A DNA stretch of 64,000 bases from Pseudonocardiaceae bacterium. Its GTDB lineage: Bacteria; Actinomycetota; Actinomycetes; Mycobacteriales; Pseudonocardiaceae. Below, piece after piece: positions 51,880 through 61,276 of this stretch (position 1 is the stretch's first letter; every line of letters starts with the position of its first letter). The position numbers and the translations under genes were made by a program. The notes below the pieces were generated by a model that was given only the letters and a program-made list of their open reading frames with translations, searched no databases and had not been told where the DNA came from. Where the stretch lies: contig JBHEMR010000192.1 of the NCBI GenBank assembly GCA_046262495.1, positions 2,678 through 66,677 of the forward strand. The letters run 5' to 3'.

Positions 51880-52632
51880 GTGAGGGGCCGGGCCGAGCTC
51901 ACGGTCGAACCCGGACCTGAGGCACCCCGTCTGCGGTGGCGCAGCGCCGCACCGGTGGTGCTGCGCCCGACCGGTCCACACCGGGTGCACCTAGTGCAGG
52001 CCGCTGGTGGTCCGCTGGGCGGCGACGACCTGGCGTTGGACGTCCACCTCGGCGCCGGCTCATCCCTGCAGCTGCGCTCGACGGCAGCCATGGTGGTGCA
52101 GGCGGGCCGCCCTGCGGCGGCCGCGCGGTGGACTGTGGCTGCGGCGCTTGCACGTGGTGCCGTCCTGGACTGGCAGCCCGAGCCGACCGTCGTCTGCGAT
52201 GGTGCGGAGCTGCACAGTCGGATCACCGTTGCCCTGCAGCGGGGGGCCTGCGCAGTCCTGCGCGAGGAGGTGGTGCTCGGGCGAGCAGGCCAGCGCGGCG
52301 GCCGCTTTGTCGGCGAGCTCGCGATCGAGCTGGAGGGCGCTCCCCTGCTGGTGCACACCCTGCTGCTGGACGGTGCTGACCCTGCACTCGCGGGCCCCGC
52401 CGGCACTGGCGGCGCCCGCGTCGTCGGAATGCTCGCGGTCGTGGGGGAGGGGGCCTGCGACCCACCGCAGAGCGCCGGCGAGGAACCGGGACTGCGTTGG
52501 GGGTGTTCAGCGCTGGATGGTCCAGGCTGGCTATTGCTCGCCCTCGGCGATAACCCCGTAGCCGTGTCGACGCTGCTAGACCGTGCCGCGCGGGCGCGAT
52601 CTGCTGGCCGGCGTTCTTACCATGCGGTGTGA
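51880..52632 (+). CDS. ureD: urease accessory protein UreD
   Basis: Position after ureG and UreD-like pattern (GGPLGGDDLALDV...). Lower conservation is typical of UreD. Confidence 0.8.
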   Translation: MRGRAELTVEPGPEAPRLRWRSAAPVVLRPTGPHRVHLVQAAGGPLGGDDLALDVHLGAGSSLQLRSTAAMVVQAGRPAAAARWTVAAALARGAVLDWQPEPTVVCDGAELHSRITVALQRGACAVLREEVVLGRAGQRGGRFVGELAIELEGAPLLVHTLLLDGADPALAGPAGTGGARVVGMLAVVGEGACDPPQSAGEEPGLRWGCSALDGPGWLLLALGDNPVAVSTLLDRAARARSAGRRSYHAV

Positions 52633-53071
52633 TGAAGTGTGCCGTCGAAGACGGTGATCGCGTGACCGGTGAGGTGGACCCGGTCGCCGTGGACGGCGGT
52701 GCGGACCAGGCCCGTCCGGGCGGAGGCTTGCAGTCCGGTGAGGCCGTCCCGGCCCAGGCGGCCTGACCAGTAGGGGGCCAGGGCGGTGGCGATGACCGCG
52801 CGGGCGCCGTCGCGGCGGGCGAGGTGGCTCAGCGCGGTGAGATCCGGATCCAGGCTGCGGACGTCTGCCTCGTCGGGGACACGGCGAGCACGTCGCCGAG
52901 GGCGCCGGTTCCGTAGGCGGCGTCGGGCTTAGCGCGCAGCGCTTCGGGTAGACCATCGGGGGTGGATATCGCGGTGGTAGGCGCGGCGGGGAAGTTCAAG
53001 GTGATGGCGCCGCCGTTGGCGGTAGACCATAGGACCGCGGCGAAGCGGTAGGCGCCGGTTTTGCGACAGCA
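52615..53071 (-). pseudogene. PhzF-family isomerase pseudogene (N-terminally truncated, frameshifted, internal deletion)
   Basis: The minus strand reads ...ITLNFPAAP..PDGLPEALRAKPDAAYGTGALGDVLAV in one frame. After a frameshift near 52880 it continues VPDEADVRSLDPDLTALSHLARRDGARAVIATA|LAPYWSGRLGRDGLTGLQASARTGLVRTAVHGDRVHLTGHAITVFDGTL. The expected SRFFAP...EDPVTGSAH block before ALAPYW and about the first 100 residues are absent. Confidence 0.6.
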
Positions 53072-53152
53072 GGTGATACGACTGAAACCGATCGGTTACA
53101 AGATGGTCACAGTGGTGTCGTGTGATAGTTCTGACTCACTCGTGTGAGTGAG

Positions 53153-53254
53153 GCGCACCTAGGGTTCCGTCGCTGCCCGCAGCGGGTCTGGACCGAGAGG
53201 TGCAGGCGGGCAGTGCACTGCCCGCTCCACGGCGGGATAGAAGCCCGGGAGGTC
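53153..53254 (+). promoter_or_regulatory. guanidine-I (ykkC/yxkD) riboswitch aptamer
   Basis: GCACC-UAGGGUUCCG-U(CGCUG-CCCG-CAGCG)GGUCUGGACCGAGAG-GUGC (P1 GCACC/GGUGC). P2 is GCGGGCAG-UGCA-CUGCCCGC. Then ACGG-CGGGAUAGAAGCCCG-GGAGG. All hallmark conserved blocks are in the canonical order, 50 nt upstream of the ureohydrolase GTG. Confidence 0.8.
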
Positions 53255-53306
53255 AGCCACGCCCGGCTGCCTCGCCGCCGGGCGCCGTGGACGCGGAGGC
53301 CGCACC

Positions 53307-54425
53307 GTGGAGGAACTGCACAACAACTACGGCCCGGAGGCGCGATACGCCGTCGAGGCGGAAGCAGCGCTGCCGACGACGAAATGGGAACAGGAGATCG
53401 CCAGGGGCCTCGAATTGGGCCTACAAGGCGCTGACTCGATCGTCGACCGAAGGATCCCCACCTTCTCCCGTGGCGAGTTGCCGCATTTCGCTGGCATCAA
53501 CACCTTTCTCAAGGCCCCTTACGTCGAGGACGTCCGCCGCTGCGGCGAGTACGACGTGGCGGTGCTCGGCGCCCCCTTCGACGGGGGCACCACCTACCGA
53601 TCCGGAACCCGCTTCGGTCCCCAGGGCATCCGCAAAATCTCCGCGTTGTACGGGCCGTACAGTTTCGAGCTCGGCGTCGATCTGCGAGAGTCGATCACCA
53701 TTGCCGATCTCGGCGACGTGTTCACCATCCCCGGCAACATCGAGAAGACTTTCGACCAGATCTCCAAGGCGGTCGGGCACGTCTTCGCCTCCGGCGCCTT
53801 TCCGGTGGTACTGGGTGGCGACCATTCCATCGGCTACCCGACCACCCGCGCGGTCGCGGAACACCTAGGTGGCGGCAAGCTCGGCATCATCCACTTCGAT
53901 CGCCACGTCGACACCCAGGAAACCGACCTCGACGAGCGGATGCACACCACGCCGTGGTTTCACGCCACGGACATCCCCAACGTGCCGCCGCAGAACCTGG
54001 TGCAGATCGGCATCGGCGGTTGGCAGGCGCCGCGTCCCGGGGTGCAGGTCGGCCGGGAGCGCGGCACCACGATCATGACCGTAACCGACTGCGTGGAGAT
54101 GGGTATTGGGGAAGCCGCGCAGCATGCCCTCGATGTCGCGTGGGACGGCACCGACGCCGTCTGGCTGTCCTTCGACGTCGACTGCCTCGACGCCGCGTTC
54201 GTGCCCGGCACGGGATGGCCTGAGCCCGGCGGCTTCCTGCCCCGCGAGGTGCTCAAGTTCATTCAACTCATCGCCGCGTGCCCGTTGTCAGGCATCGAAG
54301 TCGTGGAGTGCTCCCCGCCCTACGACAACGCGGAGATCACTGCGCTCATCGCGACCCGGGTCATCTGCGACACCCTCGGTTGCCTTGTGCGCGCCGGTCA
54401 CCTACCACGAAAGGCGTCGACATGA
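53307..54425 (+). CDS. arginase/agmatinase-fold ureohydrolase (agmatinase / guanidino-acid hydrolase / guanidine hydrolase candidate)
   Basis: GGDHS, HFDRHVD (DxHxD) and SFDVDCLD metal-ligand motifs. About 50 aa N-terminal extension. SD GGAGG 7 nt before GTG 53307. Confidence 0.9.
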   Translation: MEELHNNYGPEARYAVEAEAALPTTKWEQEIARGLELGLQGADSIVDRRIPTFSRGELPHFAGINTFLKAPYVEDVRRCGEYDVAVLGAPFDGGTTYRSGTRFGPQGIRKISALYGPYSFELGVDLRESITIADLGDVFTIPGNIEKTFDQISKAVGHVFASGAFPVVLGGDHSIGYPTTRAVAEHLGGGKLGIIHFDRHVDTQETDLDERMHTTPWFHATDIPNVPPQNLVQIGIGGWQAPRPGVQVGRERGTTIMTVTDCVEMGIGEAAQHALDVAWDGTDAVWLSFDVDCLDAAFVPGTGWPEPGGFLPREVLKFIQLIAACPLSGIEVVECSPPYDNAEITALIATRVICDTLGCLVRAGHLPRKAST

Positions 54426-55957
54426 GTACCCCGATCCTCACCACGAGCCCGACCGGCGGCCCGGACGCCGAGGATCTGCGCAGCATCGGCTACCGGCAGG
54501 AGCTACACCGTCGGCTCGGTGCCTTCTCTTCCTTCGCCGCTGGATTCTCCTTCGTCTCCATTCTCACCACGGTGTTCCAGCTCTTTGCCCTGGGCTACTC
54601 CTTCGGCGGTCCGACGTTCTTCTGGACCTGGCCGATGGTGTTCGTCGGGCAATTGTGCGTGGCATTGGTCTTCGCTGAGCTGGCGGTGAGCTGGCCGCTG
54701 GCCGGGTGTATCTACCAGTGGTCGCGCCGACTGGCCGGTGAGACTGTCGGCTGGTTCGCCGGCTGGGCGATGATGATCGGGTACATCGTCAGCGTGGCCG
54801 CCATCGGCATCGCCTTGCAGGTCGTGCTGCCCTCGGTGTGGTCGGGGTTCCAGATCGTCGGCACCGACCCGTCGATCACTTCGGCGTCCGGCGCGGCCAA
54901 CGGGATCCTGCTGGGCTCAGTGCTCATTGCGCTGGCCACCGTGATCAGCGCCGTCGGGGTGCGCTTCATGGCGTTGATCAACGGGATCGGTGTGACCTGC
55001 GAGCTAGTTGGTGTGGTGTTGCTGCTGGTGTTGCTCTTCGGCCATGCGCAACGAGGCCCCGAGGTGGTCACCAAGACGCTGAACGTATCCGGGAATAGCC
55101 CGTATCTGTACGCCTTCCTCGCTTCCACGTTGATGGCGGCTTATGTCATGTACGGCTTCGACAGCGCCGCGGAGCTGTCCGAGGAGACGGCTGCGCCACG
55201 GCGGGTGGTGCCTTCGGCGATCCTGCGGGCACTGTTGGTCTCCTTCGTCGGTGGCGGGTTCATGATCGTGGCTGCACTGATGGCGGCGCCTTCGTTGACC
55301 GACGGTCAGCTGTCCAGCGGCGGCATCGCCTATGTCATCACCAGCCAGCTCGATTCGACGCTCGGTCGCGCGCTGCTCGCGGTGGTTGCGATCTCTATCG
55401 TGTCTGCCTGTCTGGCGATCCAAAATTCGGCGTCGCGGGTGATGTTCAGCATGGCGCGTGATGGCCGGCTGCCCGGCGGGAGGTTGCTGGCCCGGGTCAG
55501 CCCGCAAACCGGGACGCCGATCCTCACCGGCATCGCGGTGGGGGCACTCGCGATCGGCGTGCTGCTGATCAACCTGGGTAATCCGGCGGCGTTCGCGGCA
55601 GTCACCAGCACCTCGGTGGTCATCGTGTATCTGGCGTATCTGCTGGTCACGGTGCCGGCCTTAGGTGCCCGACTGGGCCGGCGCCTGCCGCCGAAGCAGC
55701 CGGGCGGCTTCTCGCTCGGTCGCTGGGGGCTAGCGGTGAACCTGATCGCGGTGGCCTACGGCATAGCGATGATGGTGAACATCGCCTGGCCACGGCGGGC
55801 GGTGTACGACCCGGCGGGAACCAGTTGGGTGCTGCAGTACCTCGCGCTGCTGTTCGTCGCCGCGCTGGTGGTGGTCGGCGCGGCGGTGCATCGGGCGCTG
55901 CGTGGCGCACCCGCGCCGGCGTCCCTGACCGCAGCTACCGCCGTCGCTGAGGCCTGA
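54422..55957 (+). CDS. APC-superfamily amino acid/polyamine-type permease
   Basis: ATG 54422 overlaps the ureohydrolase stop (ATGA). About 12 TM helices with an APC-like N-terminal pattern (FSSFAAGFSFVSILT..., IYQWSRRLAG). Confidence 0.85.
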   Translation: MSTPILTTSPTGGPDAEDLRSIGYRQELHRRLGAFSSFAAGFSFVSILTTVFQLFALGYSFGGPTFFWTWPMVFVGQLCVALVFAELAVSWPLAGCIYQWSRRLAGETVGWFAGWAMMIGYIVSVAAIGIALQVVLPSVWSGFQIVGTDPSITSASGAANGILLGSVLIALATVISAVGVRFMALINGIGVTCELVGVVLLLVLLFGHAQRGPEVVTKTLNVSGNSPYLYAFLASTLMAAYVMYGFDSAAELSEETAAPRRVVPSAILRALLVSFVGGGFMIVAALMAAPSLTDGQLSSGGIAYVITSQLDSTLGRALLAVVAISIVSACLAIQNSASRVMFSMARDGRLPGGRLLARVSPQTGTPILTGIAVGALAIGVLLINLGNPAAFAAVTSTSVVIVYLAYLLVTVPALGARLGRRLPPKQPGGFSLGRWGLAVNLIAVAYGIAMMVNIAWPRRAVYDPAGTSWVLQYLALLFVAALVVVGAAVHRALRGAPAPASLTAATAVAEA

Positions 55958-55981
55958 CACTGCAACTGCAATCAAGGTGCG

Positions 55982-56047
55982 CGTCGTGAACTCGACAGGG
56001 CCCACGTTCTTAGCGAGCGGAACGTCGGTGGCGTCGAGTTCACGACG
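55982..56047. terminator. perfect 15-bp inverted repeat (36-nt loop) at the island/aroC junction; possible I-shaped terminator
   Basis: CGTCGTGAACTCGAC (55982-55996) pairs with GTCGAGTTCACGACG (56033-56047). No U-tract follows. Confidence 0.4.
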
Positions 56048-56104
56048 GATCTCGCAGACGATGCGGCAGCGTCATGGGCCGAGTGTGCGTGGCACGATGG
56101 CGCC

Positions 56105-57283
56105 ATGTTGCGGTGGATCACTGCTGGGGAATCGCATGGTCCCGCTCTGGTGGCTGTGCTGGAGGGCATGGTCGCCGGGGTTGAGGTGACCTCCAAGGAC
56201 ATCCAGGCTGAGCTGGCCCGTCGCCGGCTTGGTTACGGGCGTGGCGCCAGGATGAAGTTCGAGGCCGACGAGGTCGATCTCCTCGGAGGTATCCGGCACG
56301 GCCGAACGTTGGGCGGGCCGGTGGCGATCCGAATCGGCAACACCGAGTGGCCCAAATGGGAGACGGTGATGGCGGCCGATCCGGTGGACCCGGACGTGCT
56401 GGCCGCGCAATCGCGCAACGCGCCGCTGACCCGACCCCGGCCTGGGCACGCCGACCTCGCTGGCATGACCAAGTACGGCTTCGACGACGCTCGCCCGGTG
56501 CTGGAGCGGGCCAGTGCGCGGGAGACCGCTGCCCGGGTCGCGCTGGGCACTGTGGCCAAGGCGTTTCTGCTACAGGCATTAGGTGTTGAATTGCTATCTC
56601 ATGTGGTGTCGTTGGGGCAGGTAGACGCCCCTGTGGACGTGTTGCCCGGACCCGATGACCTGGAGCGGATCGATTCCAGTCCGGTCCGCGCGTTCACCGC
56701 AGATGCCTCAGCCGCGATGATCGCCGAAGTGGATGCGGCGAAACGGGACGGTGACACGCTGGGCGGCGTGGTCGAGGTTGTGGCGTATGGGCTCCCAGTG
56801 GGACTGGGCTCCTTCGTGCACGCCGACCGGCGGTTGGACGCTCGGCTGGCCGGCGCGCTGATGGGCATCCAAGCGATGAAAGGTGTGGAGGTCGGCGACG
56901 GGTTTGCCACCGCGCGCCGACGGGGCAGTGCTGCTCACGACGAGATGGTTCCTGGGCCCGACGGTGTGGTGCGGCGCACTAACCGGGCCGGTGGCCTAGA
57001 AGGTGGCATGACCAATGGAGAGGTGCTGCGCGTTCGGGTGGCGATGAAACCGATCTCCACGGTGCCTCGCGCGCTAGCCACAGTGGACGTCAGCACCGGC
57101 GAGGCGGCCGTTGCGATCAACCAGCGTTCCGACGTCTGCGCGGTGCCCGCCGCAGGTGTGGTGGCCGAGGCGATGGTCGCCCTCGTACTTGCCGACGCCG
57201 CCCTGGAGAAGTTCGGCGGTGACGCCTTGCCCGAGACCGTCCGCAATGTCCAGTCCTACCAAGACGCAAGTCGCCACGGTTGA
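56105..57283 (+). CDS. aroC: chorismate synthase
   Basis: [16 protein letters not shown]...[11 protein letters not shown] is the canonical AroC N-terminus. Confidence 0.95.
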   Translation: MLRWITAGESHGPALVAVLEGMVAGVEVTSKDIQAELARRRLGYGRGARMKFEADEVDLLGGIRHGRTLGGPVAIRIGNTEWPKWETVMAADPVDPDVLAAQSRNAPLTRPRPGHADLAGMTKYGFDDARPVLERASARETAARVALGTVAKAFLLQALGVELLSHVVSLGQVDAPVDVLPGPDDLERIDSSPVRAFTADASAAMIAEVDAAKRDGDTLGGVVEVVAYGLPVGLGSFVHADRRLDARLAGALMGIQAMKGVEVGDGFATARRRGSAAHDEMVPGPDGVVRRTNRAGGLEGGMTNGEVLRVRVAMKPISTVPRALATVDVSTGEAAVAINQRSDVCAVPAAGVVAEAMVALVLADAALEKFGGDALPETVRNVQSYQDASRHG

Positions 57284-57299
57284 TCCGCAACAGCACTGA

Positions 57300-57367
57300 G
57301 CCTCCCGAGTTCAACAGCAGATATGTTCACCGGCGCCCGGACAGCTCTGCTGTTGAGCTCGGGAGGC
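57300..57367. other. 20-22 bp near-perfect inverted repeat between aroC and aroK
   Basis: CCTCCCGAGTTCAACAGCAG (57301-57320) pairs with CTGCTGTTGAGCTCGGGAGG (57347-57366), with one G-U position and a 26-nt loop. Confidence 0.5.
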
Positions 57368-57421
57368 AGAACAGTCTGTGGCGGGGCACTTTCCGGCGAC
57401 GGTCCGACTACGCTGGCGCTG

Positions 57422-57955
57422 GTGAGCGACGCGCAGGGACCCGCTGTGGTGCTGGTGGGTCCACCCGGGGCTGGTAAATCCACAGTAGGCCGGCTGCTGG
57501 GGGACCGGATCGGGGTCGACTTCACCGATGTCGACGATCTCATCGTCGCCCGCGCAGGTCGCAGCATCTCCGAAATCTTCATCACCGACGGGGAGCCAGT
57601 GTTCAGGGAGCTTGAGGAAGCTGAGGTGGCGGACGCACTGGCCGGGTGCACCGGAGTGCTGGCATTGGGCGGCGGGGCGGTGCTCTCGGAGGGGACGCGG
57701 ACCAGGCTTCGCGGGCGCCGCGTGGTGTTCCTGTCGGTCGGGATGGCCGAGGGGGTACGCCGCACGGGAATGTCAACGGCGCGCCCGCTGCTCGCCGGAG
57801 TCAACCCACGGGCGACGTTCGCCGCCCTACTCAATGCCCGGTTACCCCTGTACCGGCAGGTCGCCACTGCCGAGGTGGCCACCGACGGTCGTCGTCCGGA
57901 CGAGGTTGCCAAGGATGTGCTGGACGCTATCGGAGCTGTCGGGGGTGCTCGCTAG
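57422..57955 (+). CDS. aroK: shikimate kinase
   Basis: VLVGPPGAGKSTVGR P-loop close to the N-terminus when started at GTG 57422. The longer ORF (57323) runs through the inverted repeat. Confidence 0.85.
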   Translation: MSDAQGPAVVLVGPPGAGKSTVGRLLGDRIGVDFTDVDDLIVARAGRSISEIFITDGEPVFRELEEAEVADALAGCTGVLALGGGAVLSEGTRTRLRGRRVVFLSVGMAEGVRRTGMSTARPLLAGVNPRATFAALLNARLPLYRQVATAEVATDGRRPDEVAKDVLDAIGAVGGAR

Positions 57956-57962
57956 ACCGTAG

Positions 57963-59542
<1,580 letters not shown>

Positions 59543-59575
59543 GACCGCGGCGCGACCCGCTAGCGTCTGTAGTTC

Positions 59576-60667
59576 ATGTCCTATTGCCGGCGCCGGGAAG
59601 CGCTCCGCGAGCGGCTGCGTCAGTCCGAGCTCGACGCGCTGCTGGTCACCGATGCACTCAACGTCCGCTATCTCACGGGATTTACCGGATCGAACAGCGC
59701 CCTACTGGTGCACGCTGGCGGTGACGAAGCAAGCGTGTTCTGCACCGATGGCCGCTACCGTACCCAGTCGCAGCGGCAGGTGCCCGACCTGCGGTGGCTG
59801 ATTGAAAGATCGTGTCACCTGCGGCTGGCCACACTGGCCGCCGAGGCCGGGATTGGGCGGCTGGGATTTGAAAGCCATGTGGTGACCGTCGACGGGCACG
59901 CGGCGCTGGCGAAGGTCACCAGGGCGGACGCGCTGGTCGCCACGTCGCGGCCGGTGGAGGCACTGCGGTTGATCAAAGACGATGCGGAGGTCGCTGTGCT
60001 CCGCGAGGCCTGCGCGGCGGCCGATACCGCCTTGGCCGGACTGCTCGGCGAGGGTGGGCTGTGCCCGGGCCGTACGGAGCGCGAGGTGGCTCGTGACCTG
60101 GAGGCCCGGATGGTGGCGGCTGGGGCTGCCGGTCCGTCGTTCGAGACCATCGTGGCGACCGGCGCGAACTCAGCGATACCACACCATCGCCCGACCGACG
60201 CCGTGTTGCGCAGCGGCGATCTGCTGAAGATGGACTTCGGTGCGCTGGTCGAGGGTTACCACTCCGACATGACGCGCACCGTGGTGCTCGGTCAACCAGC
60301 GCAGTGGCAGCGGGATCTCTATGAACTGGTCGCTGCGGCGCAGGCGGCTGGTCGCGCAGCGCTGCGGACTGGCGCGCAGCTCCGTGACGTGGATGCGGCC
60401 GCCCGGGAGGTCATCGCACACGCCGGGCATGGCGAGGACTTCGTGCACGGCCTCGGCCACGGCGTCGGCCTGCAGATCCACGAGGCTCCGGCGTTGTCGC
60501 AGTTTGGAGTCGGTACACTGGCAGCAGGCATGGCGGTCACCGTCGAGCCGGGTGTCTACCTGGCCGGGCGGGGCGGCGTGCGCATCGAGGACACTCTCGT
60601 CGTTTCCGGCGGCGAGCCAGAACTCCTCACCCTGACCACGAAGGATCTCGTGGTCGTGCCCTGCTGA
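59576..60667 (+). CDS. M24-family Xaa-Pro aminopeptidase/dipeptidase
   Basis: Creatinase-like N-domain and the M24 metal ligands (DFGA..GYHSDMTRT, HGLGHGVG, VEPG, RIED). Confidence 0.9.
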   Translation: MSYCRRREALRERLRQSELDALLVTDALNVRYLTGFTGSNSALLVHAGGDEASVFCTDGRYRTQSQRQVPDLRWLIERSCHLRLATLAAEAGIGRLGFESHVVTVDGHAALAKVTRADALVATSRPVEALRLIKDDAEVAVLREACAAADTALAGLLGEGGLCPGRTEREVARDLEARMVAAGAAGPSFETIVATGANSAIPHHRPTDAVLRSGDLLKMDFGALVEGYHSDMTRTVVLGQPAQWQRDLYELVAAAQAAGRAALRTGAQLRDVDAAAREVIAHAGHGEDFVHGLGHGVGLQIHEAPALSQFGVGTLAAGMAVTVEPGVYLAGRGGVRIEDTLVVSGGEPELLTLTTKDLVVVPC

Positions 60668-60711
60668 CAGTGACCTGCTAACCGTGACCTGATCGAGAAC
60701 GAAGGGCTGAC

Positions 60712-61275
60712 GTGGCCAGCACCAACGAGCTGCAGAACGGGCTTGTACTCAACCTCGACGGCCAGCTGTGGTCGGTCGTGAAGTTTCAGCACGTCAAACC
60801 GGGCAAAGGCGGCGCTTTCGTCCGCACCACCCTGAAAAATGTGCTATCCGGCAAGGTCGTCGACAAGACGTTCAACGCGGGTACCAAGGTCGAGACCGCG
60901 ACCGTCGACCGGCGCGATATGACCTATCTGTACGCCGATGGCACCGATTTTGTTTTCATGGATGCCGACACATACGACCAGATCACCGTACCCGGCAACG
61001 TGGTCGGAGACGCGGCGAAATACCTATTGGACAACCAAACCGTGCTGGTAGCGGTCCACGATGGCACCCCGCTGTATATCGAGCTGCCCACTTCGGTGGA
61101 GTTGGTGATCTCGCACACCGACCCGGGTCTGCAGGGGGACCGGTCGACCGGAGGCACCAAGCCCGCCACAGTGCAGACCGGCGCCGAGATCCAGGTACCG
61201 CTGTTCGTCAGCACCGGCGACAGGGTCAAAGTCGACACCCGGGACGGCCGCTACCTCGGCCGCGTCAGCAGTTGA
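60712..61275 (+). CDS. efp: elongation factor P
   Basis: [19 protein letters not shown]... is canonical EF-P. Confidence 0.95.
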   Translation: MASTNELQNGLVLNLDGQLWSVVKFQHVKPGKGGAFVRTTLKNVLSGKVVDKTFNAGTKVETATVDRRDMTYLYADGTDFVFMDADTYDQITVPGNVVGDAAKYLLDNQTVLVAVHDGTPLYIELPTSVELVISHTDPGLQGDRSTGGTKPATVQTGAEIQVPLFVSTGDRVKVDTRDGRYLGRVSS

Positions 61276-61276
61276 C

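Noticed and set aside
52576-52956. 126-aa minus-strand ORF after ureD
   Set aside because: It reads the third frame across the PhzF relic. Its Pro/Arg-rich product has no similarity, whereas the other two frames give recognisable PhzF segments.
53134-53149. ACTCAC-TCGT-GTGAGT palindrome just 5' of the riboswitch, and the 10-mer TCGTGTGAGT shared with the urtA upstream region (42629-42638)
   Set aside because: Identical 10-mers and 6-bp palindromes are expected many times by chance in 64 kb. Without conservation data this cannot be called an operator.
53200-53868. 222-aa + strand ORF (and 53144-53434) covering the riboswitch and the 5' part of the ureohydrolase
   Set aside because: It is in an alternative frame of a well-supported CDS and runs through a structured RNA. 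Its composition is typical of off-frame high-GC translation.
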